Positions 60,364-64,000 of a stretch of 64,000 bases of DNA are shown here, one piece after another. The position numbers and the translations under genes were made by a program. Position 1 is the first letter of the stretch, and each line of letters begins with the position of its first letter. Source of the stretch: Selaginella moellendorffii (lineage: Eukaryota > Plantae > Lycopodiophyta); NCBI RefSeq assembly GCF_000143415.4, contig NW_003314270.1, positions 2,821,668 to 2,885,667 on the forward strand, given 5' to 3'. Below the pieces are notes generated by a model. The model searched no databases and was not told the DNA's origin. It saw nothing but the letters and a program-made list of their open reading frames with translations.

Positions 60364-62247
60364 CTAGAAATCCATCGATCTGGGGTCGTGATCCCACTTT
60401 ACCAGGTTTCCACCCCAGCAGGAGCTTACCAATACTGGTTGCCATGGATGCCAGCTACAATCTCTCACGGGATGGTTGTGGAACGATAGAGTCGCGGCTG
60501 TGTGCCCGGTCACCTAGAAAGAAAGAAAAATCAAACCTTTAGAGACGAAACGAAGAAGAGTTTCTGCTCACCACATCGTAGATATGGACGGTGCCGTCGT
60601 AAGAGCCGGTGTAGATATACTTCTGGCCCGTGCTGGAAGAACAAGTCCAGGCATTGAGAAAGAACTTCTCACACTTGTTTACCTGATGCGAGGAGAGAAG
60701 TAGCACCGGATCAATGTCTGGAGAACCTCGTGTCCCTTGTATGTCATGAGCGACTCATCGCCCGGATGCGCCACAGTGCGCAGGCGAGGAGGGACTCTCA
60801 TGCATCTGTAATCCCACCGGATTCTCGGGACCTGCGCGCGTTCGAAACTTTTCCTGGCATCCAGCGAAAGCCGAGCTGCAAATACAGGAATGGAAAAAAC
60901 TGTGTTTCACGTACTTGGATCCACTGGACATTGTGCGTATGTCCCAAAGCTTTATCGACTGGTCCTTGCTGTTGGAAATGAAATGCCGCCCGTCTCCTCG
61001 GCTGTCTATGGAAGTCACTCCCCCGAGATGGCCAACGAGCTCTCCGGCGGGTTTGTTGTTTGCTGAGAAGCATCTTCTATCCCATACCTGGAAACACAGA
61101 GTAAGTGGCTTCGAGTTTGAAGGAAAAAAATCACCTTGCAAAGGTAGTCATCACTTCCCGAATAGATAAGGTGGCTACTCTCATCCGCAAACGCAACCGT
61201 ATTCACTTCGTCCTGTAAAAGCCGATCACTAATACTCGTTGCTTTCCAACTTTTCTTTCACTTACGTTGTGCGCCGAAACCCGATACGTTGTAGTCGCGG
61301 CGTTCAAGTCGTAGACGTAGATACAGTTGTCGTTACTGCCGGCCACGATCTCATTCCCATCCTGCGAGAATTTCAGTGACCAAATTCCAAAATCCCCGTC
61401 GTCATCGTATGAGCTGAGCGAAAGCCCTTCGTGGATATCCTGGTTAAGCAAACACCATGGTCACATATTGAAAACAAAGAAAGAATAAAAACTTACAGTC
61501 ACGTTCGCCAGAGAATCTATTCCACCAGTTTCGTTTCCAAGATTCACAAGGAACACAACAGGAGTTATAGACGCATAGACCTGTAAGAGGACAGTGATAG
61601 AGTTCTAGTGAAGGAGTGAACAACACAGACCAGGAATCGTTGGTCCGGGGAGAGAGCCGTGTCAGTGATTGTCCAATTCATGTTACGAGCTTTCACTCTC
61701 TTGTGGATAGTCCAGTTGTTATCAGCATCATAGACCACAATTGTCCGGTCCTGGAAACAAGAAAACAATCACTGGCAGAAATCAAAACCGAGCTGCAATC
61801 CAAAAGAAACAAAAAAAAGAACGAAAAAAGAGCCTCGCTCACCTGAAAGCCAGCAATGAAAAGCGATCCATCGTTGGAGAACTGGCTGATGTAAAGCCGA
61901 CTGCTCTTTCGCTCCAGTATCTCGGGTCCCTTGTCCGGCAAAATCCTCGAAGAGACGTGACACGCCTCGGCACGAGAGAACTTCCCATTCTTCGAAGAGT
62001 TGATCTCTCTCCCCGCGAGCATGGACACCGTGTTGACTGTTCTACCATTTTTTGCTCGAGCTCGCTTCAAAGTCTCATCGCTGGCGGATGTGGCCATGTT
62101 TATCTCCTGGGAGAGCACGTTTTGCAAAGGCCCTTGACTTCTTGCCTGGGCCTCGGTCTCCTCCTCGTCATCGTTGCTCTCGTCCAGGAACCACCTCCGG
62201 CTCGCTCGAAGAAAGGCTCGAAATGCTCCAGGCCTTTCGTTCGCCAT
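60364..62247 (-). CDS. LEC14B / DCAF11-like WD40 protein (multi-exon)
   Basis: MLAGREIN, SQFSNDGSLFIAGFQ, WTITDTALSPD, YSGSDD, GHLGGVT..SRGDGR.FISNSKDQSIKLWDIR and SWHP. Confidence 0.92.
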
Positions 62248-62552
62248 CACTCAATCTAAAAACGATATAATAGATCAATGGAAGCAGTAACGCGAAATCT
62301 ATTCTACTATCTCTCAAACCAAGCAATCCGGATCGTCTAGACGAAGCGCTCCAGCTGAGAATGTCTCAAAATCTACCTCAATCCTCGAGCAGAACCACGA
62401 AATCCTCGATCGACGCAAGAGATTACCTTCTTCTCCAGGCGCTGCATCAAATCCAATGCCGCTGCGGGAGAATGAACGAGCTTGCGCTCAAGAGCCCTAA
62501 ATTGCGAAACAAAGACCTCCCTTTTACACCCTTAGCAGTAAAAACACTAATC

Positions 62553-64000
62553 TTACTTTACACCCTTGGAGGGAATTATCCCACGATACTCCATTGTGGC
62601 CAGCACCTCCACTTCCTTGTCTCTATTCCCAGCCTCGCCGTACATCCTCGCTAGAAGCACGTACGGACTGGGATTCCCGGGCTCTATCCTCATCAGCGCT
62701 TCCGCGGCTTGAGCTCCCAGCTCCAAGTTTTTGTGGATCCGGCAAGCTCCCAAAAAATTCGTCCAGATCTTCGCGTCGGCCTTGCAAGGCATGTTGTTGA
62801 GAAGAACTCGAGCTTGATCCATCTCTCCGGCTCGTCCCAGGACGTCGATCATGGAGCCATACTGCTCGGAAGTTAGCGTCACTCCACACTCCTTTTCGAC
62901 AAAGATGAAACACTCCCAAGCATCGTTTGCGAGGCCTGAGTGTCCGCAAGCCGAGAGGAGCGTCGAGAGCGTCATCCTGTTTGGTTTGACGCCCTCCATT
63001 CCCATGTATCTCAGCATCTTCACGGCCTCTTTGCCGCGGCCGGACTTGGAGTAAGCCGCGATCATCGACGTCCATGCCGCCACTCCTCGCTCGCGGAGAG
63101 AGTTAAAGACGCTTCTCGCCTCGTCCAGGCTCCCGCACTGGCCATACATGTTGACGAGCTCGTTGCCAGCGACGGGGTTGTGCTCGCCTCCGGCTGCCAG
63201 GAGCTGGGCTTGGATCTTCCTGCCTTCGCGGAGGGAGTTCTCCAGCGAGCAAGCGGCGAGCATGCTGACGAGAGTGATCTGGCTCGGTTTCACGCCTTCC
63301 AGCTCCATCTGCCGGAACAAAGACAGAGCTTTGCTCCCCTGTTCCTGCTCGATGTAGCCTCGTATCATCGATGTCCATGAGACGACGTCTTTGCTCTCCA
63401 TTTCGTCAAAGAGGCCTCTTGCTCTCTCCAGCTGGTTGTGCTTCCCGTAGACTTTTACCAGAGCAGTGCAAAGTAGAGCGCTGGAATGCGTGTGGCCTTC
63501 GGCTACGACGCGTTCGTGGAGAGCTTCCAAAGTGGCGCTGGAGCAGGCGTCGAGGAGGCTCATGAACGTGACAGACGTCGGCTTCACTCCCTCGAGTTCC
63601 ATCCGGCGGAACAGCGAGAATGCTTCCCGGCTACGACCGTCTTCCGAGGCTGCGGCTATCATAGTTGTCCAAGTAACAACATCCTTGTTCTTCGCGCTCT
63701 CGAAGATGTCTCTTGCCTCGTCGATGCAGTGGAACTTCAGGCACATCCTCAGGACAGCGTTGTAGAGGAAGTCGTCCACCTCAACCTCCCCAGACGTAAA
63801 AATCCGGTTTTGCATAGCTCGCGCGCTTGCCTCGTCGTCGATGGCATCCACCAAGCTCGTGAAAGTGATGTTGTTCGGCTTGACGCCTTCCAGATCCATC
63901 TCTTGCAGAGCCACCAGAGCTTCGTCAGAGTAGCCGTTTTGTACATACGCTGCGATCATGGCGCTCCACGAAACAACGTTCCTCTTGGGCATTTTTCCCA
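62553..64000 (-). CDS. PLS-class PPR protein with E domain; 5' end beyond the window
   Basis: VSWSAMIAAY, EGVKP, MYGQCG, YGSMIDVLGRAG and PYVLLARMY. Confidence 0.93.
   Translation of the reverse strand, partial: GKMPKRNVVSWSAMIAAYVQNGYSDEALVALQEMDLEGVKPNNITFTSLVDAIDDEASARAMQNRIFTSGEVEVDDFLYNAVLRMCLKFHCIDEARDIFESAKNKDVVTWTTMIAAASEDGRSREAFSLFRRMELEGVKPTSVTFMSLLDACSSATLEALHERVVAEGHTHSSALLCTALVKVYGKHNQLERARGLFDEMESKDVVSWTSMIRGYIEQEQGSKALSLFRQMELEGVKPSQITLVSMLAACSLENSLREGRKIQAQLLAAGGEHNPVAGNELVNMYGQCGSLDEARSVFNSLRERGVAAWTSMIAAYSKSGRGKEAVKMLRYMGMEGVKPNRMTLSTLLSACGHSGLANDAWECFIFVEKECGVTLTSEQYGSMIDVLGRAGEMDQARVLLNNMPCKADAKIWTNFLGACRIHKNLELGAQAAEALMRIEPGNPSPYVLLARMYGEAGNRDKEVEVLATMEYRGIIPSKGVK

Overview
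Eukaryotic plant nuclear DNA. Very short GT-AG introns (about 45-75 nt), dense genes, intronless PLS-class PPR genes, a HIP-type aquaporin and a dynein LC7 gene point to a lycophyte, most likely Selaginella (inference). 1-3.4 kb is the 3' part of a Ty3/Gypsy element with its short 3' LTR. 3.4-22 kb is a tandem array of about 7-7.6 kb units (two full copies and one decayed copy). Each full copy has AT-rich foldback repeats, a decaying NHL-repeat gene and an intact His/Ala-Pro-rich membrane-protein gene; copy A also holds a complete TRIM. 22-64 kb is gene-dense: PPR, RRP4-like, a nuclear spliced MatR-like group II intron maturase, Trp/Tyr permease, ABCG, MetAP2, a coiled-coil/collagen-like protein, roadblock/LC7, KEA, LFG/BI-1, PPR, a scrambled 14-3-3 and kinase pseudogene patch, HIP aquaporin, COG0212, SDR, pyroglutamyl peptidase I with a uORF-rich leader, an EGF-like secreted protein, a Pro-rich secreted protein, LEC14B/DCAF11 and a PPR cut by the window end. 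The top finding is an RT-dead MatR-like maturase whose mitochondrial presequence region is built from five phase-0 micro-exons. All calls come from reading the sequence by eye; no searches were run.
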